Assembly (NCBI GenBank): GCA_949878595.1
Contig: CATLBG010000002.1
Coordinates: forward strand, 1-40,003
Length of the DNA: 40,003 nt
Source of the DNA: an uncultured Clostridia bacterium
GTDB taxonomy: Bacteria > Bacillota > Clostridia > Christensenellales > UBA1242
Direction of reading: 5' to 3'
Shown here: positions 27,233-35,937 of the stretch, one piece after another
Numbering within the stretch: the first letter of the stretch is position 1
How the letters are laid out: each line of letters opens with the position of its first letter
Made by a program: the position numbers and the translations under genes
Notes under the pieces: model-generated
The model's database searches: none
Told to the model about the DNA's origin: nothing
What the model saw: the letters and a program-made list of their open reading frames with translations, nothing else

Positions 27233-28142
27233 TTCAACAATAATAGTCAAAGATTTAGTCGAAAAGACAAGGTTAGACATTTTTCTTGCCACTGAAACAG
27301 ATTGGACAAGGTCTCAGATTAAGCAGCAGATTGATAGTGGTAAGGCTCTTGTTAATGGAAAAATTCAAAAGGCGGGCTTTTTAATTAAAAATGGAGATGA
27401 AGTTACTCTGTCTTTTTCAAGAGAAGAACTTAGTGCTCAGCCAGAAGATATTCCTTTAGACATAATTTATGAAAATGATGATTATGCCATAATAAATAAA
27501 CCTCAGGGCATGGTGGTGCACCCAGCTCCAGGAGCTTATAATCATACACTTGTCAATGCACTTTTGTTTCATTTTGAAAAATTAAGTTCAGGCTCAAATA
27601 ATATTCGACCAGGCATAGTGCATAGAATAGATAAGGATACCTCAGGTCTATTGGTTGTTGCAAAAAATGATGCAGCCCATGCAAATTTAGCCAGTCAAAT
27701 TGCAGAGCATACTTGCTTTAGGCATTATTTAGCACTTCTTGAAGGAAACTTAAGGGAAGATACGGGGACTATCACAACTTACATTAGTCGAAGCGAAAAA
27801 GATAGAAAAATGATGCAGGTTTCTGGAAGTGGAAAAATAGCCATAACACATTATAAGGTAATTCAAAGATATAAAGATTATTGTTTAACTGAGTTTGTGC
27901 TTGAAACTGGAAGAACTCATCAGATAAGGGTCCATGCAAAATATTTAGGTCACCCAATTGTTGGAGATAAAACCTATGGGTTAAAAAATCAAAAGTTTAA
28001 TTTAGATGGACAGCTTCTCCATGCATACAAGCTAGAGCTCACTGAACCAAGAACAGGAAAGAGAGTTAGCTATGAATGTGAAATGCCTGTGTATTTTAAA
28101 AATATTTTAAAAAAACAAGAAAATAACAAAATAAGCGATTGA
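27219..28142 (+). CDS. rluD: RluA/RluD-family 23S rRNA pseudouridine synthase with N-terminal S4 domain
   Basis: Contains HRIDKDTSGLLVVAKN, the RluA-family catalytic Asp motif, and GRTHQIRVH. It overlaps lspA by 14 nt, as in the common lspA-rluD operon. It is the only gene here ending in TGA. Confidence 0.88.
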   Translation: MMELNSTIIVKDLVEKTRLDIFLATETDWTRSQIKQQIDSGKALVNGKIQKAGFLIKNGDEVTLSFSREELSAQPEDIPLDIIYENDDYAIINKPQGMVVHPAPGAYNHTLVNALLFHFEKLSSGSNNIRPGIVHRIDKDTSGLLVVAKNDAAHANLASQIAEHTCFRHYLALLEGNLREDTGTITTYISRSEKDRKMMQVSGSGKIAITHYKVIQRYKDYCLTEFVLETGRTHQIRVHAKYLGHPIVGDKTYGLKNQKFNLDGQLLHAYKLELTEPRTGKRVSYECEMPVYFKNILKKQENNKISD

Positions 28143-28167
28143 CTTTAAAAAATGTTAAACTTATAAT
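28139..28167 (+). promoter_or_regulatory. Consensus SigA-type promoter for the small membrane protein gene
   Basis: TTGACT (28139-28144), a 17-nt spacer, then TATAAT (28162-28167). It overlaps the rluD stop codon. Confidence 0.6.
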
Positions 28168-28198
28168 AAACATAGAATATTTAGGGGGAGAAAATAAA

Positions 28199-28525
28199 AT
28201 GGCAGAAAAGAAAAAATCAAGCACCACAACAACAACTAGCACAAGCACAAAAAAATCATCAGGTTATAGCTTTGGATATATTTTAAATATCCTTGCATTT
28301 GTTGCAGTTGTTATTGGTGGTATTGCTCTATTCATTGCAATGATTTTGGCAAAACTAGATGTTAGCGCAGGTGCAATCACAGCACTTCAAAAAGTTGCAA
28401 ACTCAATTGGTTGGGCAGTGCTAGCACTTCTTTCATTTAGATTTATCAAGAATAGAAGAAGAATTTGGCTTTGGGTTGTTTGGGCAGTTGCTGTTGTAAT
28501 GATTGTTGTTGGAATAATCTTATAA
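28199..28525 (+). CDS. Small integral membrane protein (108 aa) with an S/T/K-rich N-terminus, function unknown
   Basis: I take ATG 28199 as the start (MAEKKKSSTTTTTSTSTKK...) because GGGGGAG lies upstream; the track start 28139 is a TTG inside the promoter. Three hydrophobic helices follow. Confidence 0.7.
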   Translation: MAEKKKSSTTTTTSTSTKKSSGYSFGYILNILAFVAVVIGGIALFIAMILAKLDVSAGAITALQKVANSIGWAVLALLSFRFIKNRRRIWLWVVWAVAVVMIVVGIIL

Positions 28526-28530
28526 GCTTA

Positions 28531-28567
28531 AATAATTCAGCTAAATTTGGCTGAATTATTTTTATTT
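28531..28567 (+). terminator. Hairpin plus T-run (intrinsic terminator or attenuator) between the two small membrane protein genes
   Basis: AATAATTCAGC (28531-28541) and GCTGAATTATT (28550-28560) form a perfect 11-bp stem with an 8-nt loop, followed by TTTATTT. Confidence 0.6.
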
Positions 28568-28585
28568 AAAGGAGAGAGGATTCTC

Positions 28586-28903
28586 ATGAATAAAAAAGAA
28601 GTTTTAAAACTATTAGACTATGCAAGCTATATAGCACTTTTGATTGCAACAGTTCTAATTATTATTTTTGAAGTTACAGCAAATATGGGTGTTTATAAAA
28701 TTGGACTTATTGTATATGAGGTTTGCTTCTTAATTTTAATTGTCTTCACCATAATGAGAATTAGTTCAGTTTTCAAAAAAGAGGCAAAGGAAGACGAAGA
28801 CTTTAATCTTACAAGAGGACAAAAAACATTTTTGATTGTAAAACTTGTGTTAGTATTGCTTGGTTTTTGCTTGACAAGCACAATGCTTATTATGTTCAAG
28901 TAA
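28586..28903 (+). CDS. Small integral membrane protein (105 aa), function unknown
   Basis: ATG 28586 (MNKKEVLKLL...) is preceded by AAGGAGAG. The track start 28547 is a TTG lying inside the hairpin. There are three hydrophobic helices. Confidence 0.65.
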   Translation: MNKKEVLKLLDYASYIALLIATVLIIIFEVTANMGVYKIGLIVYEVCFLILIVFTIMRISSVFKKEAKEDEDFNLTRGQKTFLIVKLVLVLLGFCLTSTMLIMFK

Positions 28904-28940
28904 CAATGATCGCTTTGTATAGGCAAAGTGAGCTTTTACC

Positions 28941-28969
28941 TTGACAAATTAAAAAAAAATATATAATAT
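28941..28969 (+). promoter_or_regulatory. Probable promoter of tig
   Basis: TTGACA (28941-28946), then either a 17-nt spacer to TAATAT (28964-28969) or a 15-nt spacer to TATAAT (28962-28967). Confidence 0.45.
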
Positions 28970-28999
28970 AATAATGTTAAATTTTTTAAGGAGTAAATT

Positions 29000-30286
29000 A
29001 TGACATACAAAATTGGAGAAAAAAAAGACGGAAAACTCACTGTAAACTTTGAGCTTAATGCTGAAGAGTGGGAAACAGAAGTAGAAAAGGCTTACAAAAA
29101 AAATAAAGGAAAATATAAATTAGATGGTTTCAGACAAGGTAAAATTCCAAGAAGAGTTTTAGAAAAAACTTATGGCGAATTTTTGTTTTATGAAGATGCA
29201 TTAAATACTGTTTGCGATAACAGTTTCTTTGATTTTATTGAAAAGGAAAAAGATGTTCAAGCAGTTGCATATCCAGATATTTCAGTTAAAAAATTAGAAA
29301 AATCAGGTGTGGAATTTGTTGCAACAATCACACTTCTTCCAGAAGTTGAACTTGGTGCATATACTGGACTTGATATTGAAAAAACAAAAGTTTCAGTAAC
29401 AGAGAAAGAAGTTGACGAAAAAATCAAAGATCTTCAAGAAAAACAAGCTAGATTTGTTGATGTTGATAGTCGTGCTGCAAAAATGGGCGATTTAGTCAAC
29501 ATTGATTTTGCAGGTTCGATTGATGGTGTTGCTTTTGATGGTGGCACAGCAAAGGATTATGAACTTGAACTTGGTTCACATTCATTTATTGAAGGTTTTG
29601 AAGAACAAGTAGCAGGAATGAAAATTGACGAACAAAAAGATGTTAATGTAACATTCCCAAAAACATATCATGTTAAAGATCTTGCAGGAAAGCCAGCAGT
29701 TTTTGCAGTTAAACTTCTTTCTATCAGAGAAAAACAAATGCCAGAAATTGATGACAAATTTGCAGCAGATGTTTCTGAGTTTAATACTTTAGCAGAGCTT
29801 AAGTCAGATACAAAAGAAAAGATTAAGGCAGATAAAGAAGCAGCTGCAGATAAAGAACTTGAGGGTAAAATTGTAGACGCAATTGTTGCAAATGCAAAGA
29901 TTGATGTTCCTGAAGTTATGGTTACAACTCAACTTAACAAAACTATTGAAGATATGAAGAGAAACTTGTCTTATCAAGGCATGAGCTATGAAATGTATCT
30001 TGCATATCTTGGCATGACAGATGAGCAGTTTAGAGCAGAAAATAAACCTCAAATAGAAAAACAAATCAAAACAAGCTTAGTTTTAAGTGAACTTGTTAAA
30101 AAAGAAAACATCAAAGCAGAAGAAGCTGAAGTTGATGAAAAAGTTAAAGAGCTTGCAGAAAAAATGAAAAAGACAGAAAAAGAGCTCAAAAAAACAATGA
30201 CAGATTCTCAAAAAGAAGTAATTGAAAACAATATTATTTCAGAAAAAGTTATAAAACTTTTAAAAGAGAAGAATAATATAAAGTAG
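29000..30286 (+). CDS. tig: Trigger factor (ribosome-associated peptidyl-prolyl isomerase chaperone)
   Basis: 428 aa. Has the N-terminal ribosome-binding signature [14 protein letters not shown] and a central FKBP-like [20 protein letters not shown]. It sits directly upstream of clpP-clpX. Confidence 0.93.
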   Translation: MTYKIGEKKDGKLTVNFELNAEEWETEVEKAYKKNKGKYKLDGFRQGKIPRRVLEKTYGEFLFYEDALNTVCDNSFFDFIEKEKDVQAVAYPDISVKKLEKSGVEFVATITLLPEVELGAYTGLDIEKTKVSVTEKEVDEKIKDLQEKQARFVDVDSRAAKMGDLVNIDFAGSIDGVAFDGGTAKDYELELGSHSFIEGFEEQVAGMKIDEQKDVNVTFPKTYHVKDLAGKPAVFAVKLLSIREKQMPEIDDKFAADVSEFNTLAELKSDTKEKIKADKEAAADKELEGKIVDAIVANAKIDVPEVMVTTQLNKTIEDMKRNLSYQGMSYEMYLAYLGMTDEQFRAENKPQIEKQIKTSLVLSELVKKENIKAEEAEVDEKVKELAEKMKKTEKELKKTMTDSQKEVIENNIISEKVIKLLKEKNNIK

Positions 30287-30299
30287 TTTAGGAGATTAT

Positions 30300-30893
30300 A
30301 TGAACGAGAAAGATATGCTAATTCCAATGGTTATAGAGCAAACAAACCGAGGAGAAAGGTCTTATGATATTTATTCAAGACTTTTAGAGGATAGAATAAT
30401 TTTTCTTGATGGCGAAATCACGGACCAGTCAGCAAATCTTATAATTGCTCAACTAATATATTTAGAGGGCAAAGATCCAGATAAAGATATAATGATGTAC
30501 ATAAATAGTCCTGGAGGTAGTGTTGTTGCTGGAATGGCTATTTATGATACTATGAACTACATTAGGTGTGATGTCAGCACAATTTGTGTTGGGCTTGCTG
30601 CCAGCATGGCTGCCATATTGCTTTCAAGTGGTACAAAGGGCAAAAGATTTGCTCTTCCAAATTCTGAGGTTATGATTCATCAGCCACTTGGAGGATTTCA
30701 AGGTCAGGCGAGTGATATAAAAATTCATGCAGAGCATATGATGCGAACTAAAAAAGCATTGAATAGAATTTTGTCAGAAAACACTGGTGAAAGTATTGAA
30801 ACTATTGAAAAAGATACAGATAGGGACAACTATATGTCGGCTGAAGAAGCAAAAAAATATGGTTTAATTGACAAAATTTTTGCAAAAAGATAA
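30300..30893 (+). CDS. clpP: ATP-dependent Clp protease proteolytic subunit
   Basis: Contains [29 protein letters not shown], the catalytic Ser context GLAASMAA, and His in MIHQPLGG. 197 aa. Confidence 0.97.
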   Translation: MNEKDMLIPMVIEQTNRGERSYDIYSRLLEDRIIFLDGEITDQSANLIIAQLIYLEGKDPDKDIMMYINSPGGSVVAGMAIYDTMNYIRCDVSTICVGLAASMAAILLSSGTKGKRFALPNSEVMIHQPLGGFQGQASDIKIHAEHMMRTKKALNRILSENTGESIETIEKDTDRDNYMSAEEAKKYGLIDKIFAKR

Positions 30894-30901
30894 TATTTCT
30901 T

Positions 30902-30947
30902 CAAAGATATACAAAAGATTTTTTCGCTTGCATATCTTTGTTTTTTT
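30902..30947 (+). terminator. Hairpin plus T7 run between clpP and clpX (partial terminator or attenuator)
   Basis: CAAAGATAT (30902-30910) pairs with ATATCTTTG (30932-30940) across a 21-nt loop, followed by TTTTTTT (30941-30947). Confidence 0.45.
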
Positions 30948-30958
30948 AAGGAGAATTT

Positions 30959-32290
30959 ATGGAAGACAATCAAGGGACAAACATACCTCCAAAGGGTGGC
31001 TGTTCATTTTGTGGCAGACCAAGAGGTTCATTTAAAGAAATTGTAGAAAATCCAACAGGTAATGTTGGCATTTGTAGTGATTGTATAAAAATCTGCAGAG
31101 AAATACTTCAAACGGAAGAGCGTAAGCGTCAAAAAGAGCATCTTCTTTCTTTGCCAAGCCCAGAAAAAATCAAAAAAGAGCTTGATGAGTATATAATTGA
31201 TCAAGACAAAGCAAAAGAAGTTTTGTCTGTTGCTGTATACAACCACTATAAAAGAATTAACTATTTAATTGCAAAAAAAGAGAAACAAGAGTTAGAAGAT
31301 GGTGGCAAAACAAAAACAAAACAAATTGAAGATGTTGATCTTGAAAAAAGCAATGTTTTAATGCTTGGTCCAACTGGATCAGGAAAAACTCTTATTGCAA
31401 AAACTCTTGCAAAAATTCTAGATGTTCCATTTGCTTCGGCTGATGCTACAACTTTAACTGAGGCTGGCTATGTTGGCGATGATGTAGAAAATATTCTATT
31501 AAAACTCATTCAAGCAGCAGATTTCGACATTAAAAGAGCAGAAAAGGGTATAATTTATATTGATGAAATTGACAAAATTGCTAGAAAAGGTGAAAATGTG
31601 TCGATTACTCGTGATGTTTCAGGAGAAGGTGTTCAACAATCACTTCTAAAAATACTTGAGAGCACTGTTGCTAATGTCCCACCACAAGGTGGAAGAAAAC
31701 ACCCAAATCAAGAGTGCATTCAAATAGACACAACTAACATCTTGTTTATTTTAGGTGGTGCCTTTGTTGGACTTGAAGATATAATTAAAAAGAGAACAGA
31801 AAATACAACTCTTGGTTTTGGAGGAAATGTAAAAACCAAAAATCAAATAAAGCCAAGTGAACTTCTTGAAAAAGTTGAGCCACATGACCTTATAAAGTTT
31901 GGATTAATTCCAGAATTTATTGGAAGAGTTCCAATCTCTGTAACTTTAAGTGAATTAGATGAAAAAGCATTAAAGAAAATTTTAACTGAGCCAAAAAATG
32001 CCTTAGCAAAACAATATAAAAAGCTTTTTGATATGGATGGAATAAAACTCGAGTTTACAAATGAAGCTATTTCATGCTTTGCTAGAAAGGCAATTGAACT
32101 TAAAACTGGTGCAAGAGGTCTTAGAACAATTATTGAATCGGCTATGCTTCCAGTTATGTATTCTGCTCCAAGTAAAAAGGAGAACATAAGCAAAATTATT
32201 ATGGATATTGACTCAAATGACAATACTTTGGTAGTTCCAACAATTATTGAAAAACAAGTTTCAGAGGAAACTGTAACAGACATAGCTTAG
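30959..32290 (+). CDS. clpX: ATP-dependent Clp protease ATP-binding subunit ClpX
   Basis: N-terminal C4 zinc finger (CSFCG...CSDC). Walker A GPTGSGKT, Walker [10 protein letters not shown], and the GFG pore loop region. Confidence 0.97.
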   Translation: MEDNQGTNIPPKGGCSFCGRPRGSFKEIVENPTGNVGICSDCIKICREILQTEERKRQKEHLLSLPSPEKIKKELDEYIIDQDKAKEVLSVAVYNHYKRINYLIAKKEKQELEDGGKTKTKQIEDVDLEKSNVLMLGPTGSGKTLIAKTLAKILDVPFASADATTLTEAGYVGDDVENILLKLIQAADFDIKRAEKGIIYIDEIDKIARKGENVSITRDVSGEGVQQSLLKILESTVANVPPQGGRKHPNQECIQIDTTNILFILGGAFVGLEDIIKKRTENTTLGFGGNVKTKNQIKPSELLEKVEPHDLIKFGLIPEFIGRVPISVTLSELDEKALKKILTEPKNALAKQYKKLFDMDGIKLEFTNEAISCFARKAIELKTGARGLRTIIESAMLPVMYSAPSKKENISKIIMDIDSNDNTLVVPTIIEKQVSEETVTDIA

Positions 32291-32312
32291 TATATAAAAC
32301 CTAAGGCTATTA

Positions 32313-32369
32313 AAAAATCAATACGAATCAAATTTTGAATGATGGCAAATTCGTATTGATTTTTTTTTG
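32313..32369 (+). terminator. Rho-independent terminator after clpX
   Basis: A perfect 16-bp stem, AAAAATCAATACGAAT (32313-32328) with ATTCGTATTGATTTTT (32349-32364), and a 20-nt loop. The T-run continues to about 32368. Confidence 0.75.
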
Positions 32370-32412
32370 TTTGAATGTTATTATATTTTTATAAAGTAAG
32401 GGCGAAAATATC

Positions 32413-33003
32413 ATGAAAACTATTAAAAATGCCACATTTATTAAGTCAGTAAGTGATTTTAAGGGCTATCAAAGCTCAAAGCTTCCAGAAATCATAATTG
32501 TTGGCAGAAGCAATGTTGGCAAATCTAGCATAATTAATATGCTTGCAAATAATAAAAAACTGGCAAAAGTGTCAGCTACACAGGGCAAAACAAAGCTTGC
32601 CAATTTTTTTATGTTTAATAATGAGTTTGTGCTTGTAGATTTGCCGGGCTATGGTTATGCAGAAGCAGGAAAGTCAGAGCAAAACAGATGGAGAGATATG
32701 ATAAATGGTTACTTTACCTGTAAAAATAATTTAAAAATGTCAATTTTACTTGTTGATGTTCGCCACACTCCAACAGAACAAGATATTCAAATGCTCGAAT
32801 ATTTTGTAGTCAACAATATTCCTGTAACAGTTGTTGCAACAAAATTTGATAAAATAAAAAAGAGTGAAAAAATGCAAAAGATAACTAGCATTGCAAATAC
32901 GTTTAATATGGGTAAAGATAATGTTTTTTTAACCAGTTCAGAAACTGGTTTTGGAAAACAAGAACTTATTGATAGAATTTATCAGTTTGTAGGGGAGAAA
33001 TAA
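32413..33003 (+). CDS. engB: Ribosome biogenesis GTPase EngB (YsxC/YihA)
   Basis: G1 GRSNVGKSSIIN, G3 DLPGYGYA, G4 TKFDK. 196 aa, in the usual position downstream of clpX in Bacillota. Confidence 0.9.
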   Translation: MKTIKNATFIKSVSDFKGYQSSKLPEIIIVGRSNVGKSSIINMLANNKKLAKVSATQGKTKLANFFMFNNEFVLVDLPGYGYAEAGKSEQNRWRDMINGYFTCKNNLKMSILLVDVRHTPTEQDIQMLEYFVVNNIPVTVVATKFDKIKKSEKMQKITSIANTFNMGKDNVFLTSSETGFGKQELIDRIYQFVGEK

Positions 33004-33005
33004 AA

Positions 33006-33704
33006 ATGAAAATTTATGCAATTAGTGATTTGCATTTAAGTTTTGCATGCAACAAACCCATGGATATCTTTGGTGGCAACTGGGAAGGATATACAGAAAA
33101 AATTAAAACAAATTGGCAAGCAAAGGTAAAACCAGAAGATATAGTTTTAGTTGCTGGCGATATTAGCTGGGCAATGAAACTTGATGAGGTTCATGAAGAC
33201 CTAGCTTGGATAGATAAACTTAACGGCACAAAAATCATAATCAAGGGCAATCATGAATATTGGTGGAATTCAATTTCTGCCGTAAGAAGCATCTTGCCAA
33301 GTTCAATTAAAGCTATTCAAAATGATGCAATAAAAATAGATGATTTTGTATTTTGTGGCACAAGAGGTTGGGTTGTTCCAGAACAGGGTAAAGAACTTTC
33401 TGAAGAAGATTTAAAGATTTACAAGAGAGAAGTTGAACGTTTAAAACTTACCTTAACTTATGCTGATAGTCTTAGACAAGAAGGCAATAAACTCATATTA
33501 ATGATACATTTTCCACCATACAACACAAAAAAAGATGATAATGAAATTACAGAGTTAATAGAAAAGTTTAAGGTGGACACTGTTATATTTGGACATATCC
33601 ATGGATACACAAAATGTGACAAAATAACTGAAAGAAATGGAGTAACTTATTATTTTACATCTTGTGACCACATAAATAACGACCCAGTTTTAATTTACGA
33701 ATAA
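33006..33704 (+). CDS. Calcineurin-like metallophosphoesterase
   Basis: Contains the motifs ISDLHL, GDISWA, GNHEYWW and GHIHG in canonical order. Its RBS GGGGAGAAA lies in the engB 3' end. Confidence 0.8.
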   Translation: MKIYAISDLHLSFACNKPMDIFGGNWEGYTEKIKTNWQAKVKPEDIVLVAGDISWAMKLDEVHEDLAWIDKLNGTKIIIKGNHEYWWNSISAVRSILPSSIKAIQNDAIKIDDFVFCGTRGWVVPEQGKELSEEDLKIYKREVERLKLTLTYADSLRQEGNKLILMIHFPPYNTKKDDNEITELIEKFKVDTVIFGHIHGYTKCDKITERNGVTYYFTSCDHINNDPVLIYE

Positions 33705-33734
33705 AAAAAGAAGAACATTTATGTTCTTCTTTTT
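33705..33734. terminator. Bidirectional terminator between convergent genes
   Basis: AAAAAGAAGAACAT (33705-33718) and ATGTTCTTCTTTTT (33721-33734) form perfect 14-nt arms, with A/T runs on both sides. Confidence 0.75.
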
Positions 33735-34071
33735 ATAATGCTAAAAGTAGGTTCTGCAAATTCTTTTCTTTTGATTTTTTATAGCATAGGAAAATATCAA
33801 TTAAATTCCATAAACCAAAAGTAATAAAACCAAAAAGAAGTTTGGCAATACCAAGACCAACATCTCCAAGGATAAATCTATCAACAGAAAGACCACCAAG
33901 GAAAATAGAACAAAGCAAAACAGTAGTCGGATTGTGTGTTTTTGCAGTTAAGATTGCATCATAAGAATCATCACTTGCCTCCTCAAGTTTCTTTTTAAAA
34001 TATGCCTGTTTGTCGCTAGGAATTCTATCTTTATATTGCATAAATAGAACATCAGCTTTATTTTTTTCCAT
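33733..34071 (-). CDS. TM2 domain-containing membrane protein
   Basis: 112 aa. Contains CSIFLGGLSVDRFILGDVGLGIAKLLF...GLWNLIDIF, matching the TM2 pattern (two helices around a G-x-D-R-F-Y/I-L-G core). AAGGAG precedes the ATG on the minus strand. Confidence 0.8.
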   Translation of the reverse strand: MEKNKADVLFMQYKDRIPSDKQAYFKKKLEEASDDSYDAILTAKTHNPTTVLLCSIFLGGLSVDRFILGDVGLGIAKLLFGFITFGLWNLIDIFLCYKKSKEKNLQNLLLAL

Positions 34072-34115
34072 TTTCTTCTCCTTTGAATATTTTTAATTTA
34101 TAAGTTAATTATATA

Positions 34116-34158
34116 AGTAGAAATCTACTATGTCAATTAAAACAAGTAAATTTCTACT
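34116..34158. promoter_or_regulatory. Two related 14-bp boxes, candidate operators for the adjacent XRE regulator, in the divergent intergenic region
   Basis: AGTAGAAATCTACT (34116-34129, itself an AGTAG/CTACT palindrome) and AGTAAATTTCTACT (34145-34158) are 29 bp apart start to start. They lie between the divergently transcribed TM2 and XRE genes. Confidence 0.45.
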
Positions 34159-34169
34159 AAAATATAGTT

Positions 34170-34376
34170 ATGGAAAGCATAATTGGAAAGAAAATATTTG
34201 AACTAAGAAAAGAAAAGGGAATATCACAACAATTTTTGGCAAAAGAAATTGGTGTAACACAAAAAGCAATTGATTTCTGGGAAAAGGGAATAAATGAGCC
34301 AAAGGCAAGCTATATAGTAAGTCTTGCTAAATACTTTGGAGTTACAGCAGATTATCTGCTTGGACTAGAAATTTAG
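34170..34376 (+). CDS. XRE-family helix-turn-helix transcriptional regulator (68 aa)
   Basis: LRKEKGISQQFLAKEIGVTQKAIDFWEKG is a classic Cro/C1-type HTH, and the C-terminal YFGVTADYLLG is typical of short XRE proteins. No SD precedes the ATG. TAAAAT at 34158-34163 could give a leaderless mRNA. Confidence 0.85.
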   Translation: MESIIGKKIFELRKEKGISQQFLAKEIGVTQKAIDFWEKGINEPKASYIVSLAKYFGVTADYLLGLEI

Positions 34377-34386
34377 TAGAATATTG

Positions 34387-34415
34387 TAAAAATGGGGTAT
34401 CACCCCATTTTTTTA
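34387..34415 (+). terminator. Rho-independent terminator after the XRE gene
   Basis: ATGGGGT (34392-34398), loop ATC, ACCCCAT (34402-34408). Flanked by an A-run upstream and TTTTTTT downstream. Confidence 0.8.
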
Positions 34416-34439
34416 TGCCAAAAATCCCTGAAAATGGTA

Positions 34440-34463
34440 GTTATTAACAAAATTGTTAATAAC
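34440..34463. promoter_or_regulatory. Perfect 24-bp palindrome upstream of the mraZ promoter (unknown operator or hairpin)
   Basis: GTTATTAACAA-AA-TTGTTAATAAC, with 11-bp perfect arms. Confidence 0.4.
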
Positions 34464-34471
34464 TTTGTTAA

Positions 34472-34490
34472 AAAAGTGGTTAAAAGTGGT
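34472..34490 (+). promoter_or_regulatory. Tandem AAAAGTGGT boxes with 10-bp period: candidate MraZ binding sites
   Basis: AAAAGTGGT occurs at 34472-34480 and again at 34482-34490, directly upstream of the -35 of the mraZ promoter. MraZ is known to bind short direct repeats containing GTGG/GTGT with about 10-bp periodicity in dcw promoter regions. Confidence 0.5.
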
Positions 34491-34499
34491 CAAAATCTA

Positions 34500-34528
34500 T
34501 TGCAATTTACTTTTTAAATTAATATAAT
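34500..34528 (+). promoter_or_regulatory. Promoter of the dcw (mraZ) operon
   Basis: TTGCAA (34500-34505), a 17-nt spacer, then TATAAT (34523-34528). AAAGGAGGGG RBS precedes ATG 34560. Confidence 0.6.
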
Positions 34529-34559
34529 ATATCTATAAACTTATAAAGGAGGGGTAGCT

Positions 34560-34979
34560 ATGCTCATTGGAACCTATCGTCACAGCTTAGATGCAAAGAA
34601 GCGTATGCGTATGCCTTCTAAGTTTAAAGCTGCTATTGGAAGTGATTTTATAATCACAAAGGGCACAGCAAACAATTTGTTTGTTTTTTCAAGAGCAGAA
34701 TTTGATGTGCTCTATAACAAGCTCACAAACTTGCCACTTTTTGACGAAGAAGCTCAAAAACCTATCAGAAAGTTTCTTTCATCTGCCTTTGATGCAGAAG
34801 AAGATCCTCAGGGCAGAGTATTGCTTCCAAAAGAACTAGTTCTTCATGCAGGAATTGTAAAAAATATAGTTTTGATTGGTGTGGGTAATCGTGTAGAAAT
34901 TTGGGCAGAAGAAGTTTGGGATAAGTTAGATTCAGAATCTACTGCAGATTTCAGTGTTCTTGGCAAACTTGGAGTATAA
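34560..34979 (+). CDS. mraZ: Transcriptional regulator MraZ
   Basis: 139 aa. Has the duplicated UPF0040 motifs DAKKRMRMP and DPQGRVLLP. It is the first gene of the dcw cluster. Confidence 0.93.
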   Translation: MLIGTYRHSLDAKKRMRMPSKFKAAIGSDFIITKGTANNLFVFSRAEFDVLYNKLTNLPLFDEEAQKPIRKFLSSAFDAEEDPQGRVLLPKELVLHAGIVKNIVLIGVGNRVEIWAEEVWDKLDSESTADFSVLGKLGV

Positions 34980-34982
34980 CAA

Positions 34983-35915
34983 ATGGCAGAATTTTTGCAT
35001 ATTCCAGTTTTGAAAGATCAAACAATAAGTCTTTTAGATGTTAAAGAAAACGGAATCTATGTTGATGGCACTTTAGGTAGAGGCGGTCATTCAAAAGAAA
35101 TTTTGAAAAAGTCTAACATTAAATTGCTTGTTGGTATAGATCAAGATGAAGAAGCTTTAGCTGCCGCAAAAAATAATCTTGCAGAGTTTAAAAATGTTAC
35201 TTATATTCATGACAACTTCCGAAACATTGATCAAATTTTAGAAAGTCAAAAAATAGACAAGGTAGATGGAATTCTAGTTGATATTGGCGTTAGTTCTTAT
35301 CAAATAGACAATGCAGAGCGTGGATTTTCTTTTAGATATGATGCGAAATTAGATATGAGAATGGATAGGTCAGGGAGTTTTTCAGCTTATGATCTCATTC
35401 AAACATATTCAGAAGAAGAACTAACAAGAGTTATTCGTGACTATGGCGAAGAAAAATTTGCTAGAAGCATAGCAAGACATATTGTTAAAACCAGAGAAGA
35501 ACAACCAATTGAAACAACAAAACAACTTGAAGATATAATTTTAAAGTCTGTTCCACGCTATCGTGGTCAAGATGGCAAAAGCAATGTTCAAAGAACTTTC
35601 CAAGCAATAAGAATAGAAGTTAATAGAGAACTTGAAGTATTAACAGAGTTTATTGACAAGGCTGTCAATCACCTAAAAGTAGGTGGAAGATTAGCAGTTA
35701 TAAGTTTCCATTCGCTAGAAGATAGAATTGTTAAGCAAAAATTCAAAGAACTATCAACAGGTTGCATTTGTCCTCCAGATTTTCCAATCTGTGTATGTGG
35801 ACACAAGGCAAGTGTTAAATTAATCACAAAACACCCAGTTGTTGCAGATGAAGAAGAGTTAAAACAAAATTCAAGATCAGCTCCTGCAAAACTTAGGGTT
35901 ATAGAAAAAATATAA
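34983..35915 (+). CDS. rsmH: 16S rRNA (cytosine1402-N4)-methyltransferase RsmH (MraW)
   Basis: Contains HIPVL, DGTLGRGGHS, DIGVSSYQID and SFHSLEDRIVK. Confidence 0.95.
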   Translation: MAEFLHIPVLKDQTISLLDVKENGIYVDGTLGRGGHSKEILKKSNIKLLVGIDQDEEALAAAKNNLAEFKNVTYIHDNFRNIDQILESQKIDKVDGILVDIGVSSYQIDNAERGFSFRYDAKLDMRMDRSGSFSAYDLIQTYSEEELTRVIRDYGEEKFARSIARHIVKTREEQPIETTKQLEDIILKSVPRYRGQDGKSNVQRTFQAIRIEVNRELEVLTEFIDKAVNHLKVGGRLAVISFHSLEDRIVKQKFKELSTGCICPPDFPICVCGHKASVKLITKHPVVADEEELKQNSRSAPAKLRVIEKI

Positions 35916-35937
35916 GAAGTTACTAAGGAGAAAGTGT

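Noticed and set aside
28140-28142. Possible alternative genetic code (TGA = Trp), considered because of the Mollicutes-like AT richness and ICE-like VirB4 context. Only 1 of 20 complete genes ends in TGA.
   Set aside because: Under the standard code all genes, including the 11-kb ORF, are uninterrupted, so no in-frame TGA is being used as a sense codon. One in twenty is too few genes to call TGA avoidance significant.
32367-32395. Candidate engB promoter TTGTTT-17-TATAAA downstream of the clpX terminator.
   Set aside because: Both hexamers are weak and sit in a generic A/T-rich stretch, which is not enough to report as a feature.
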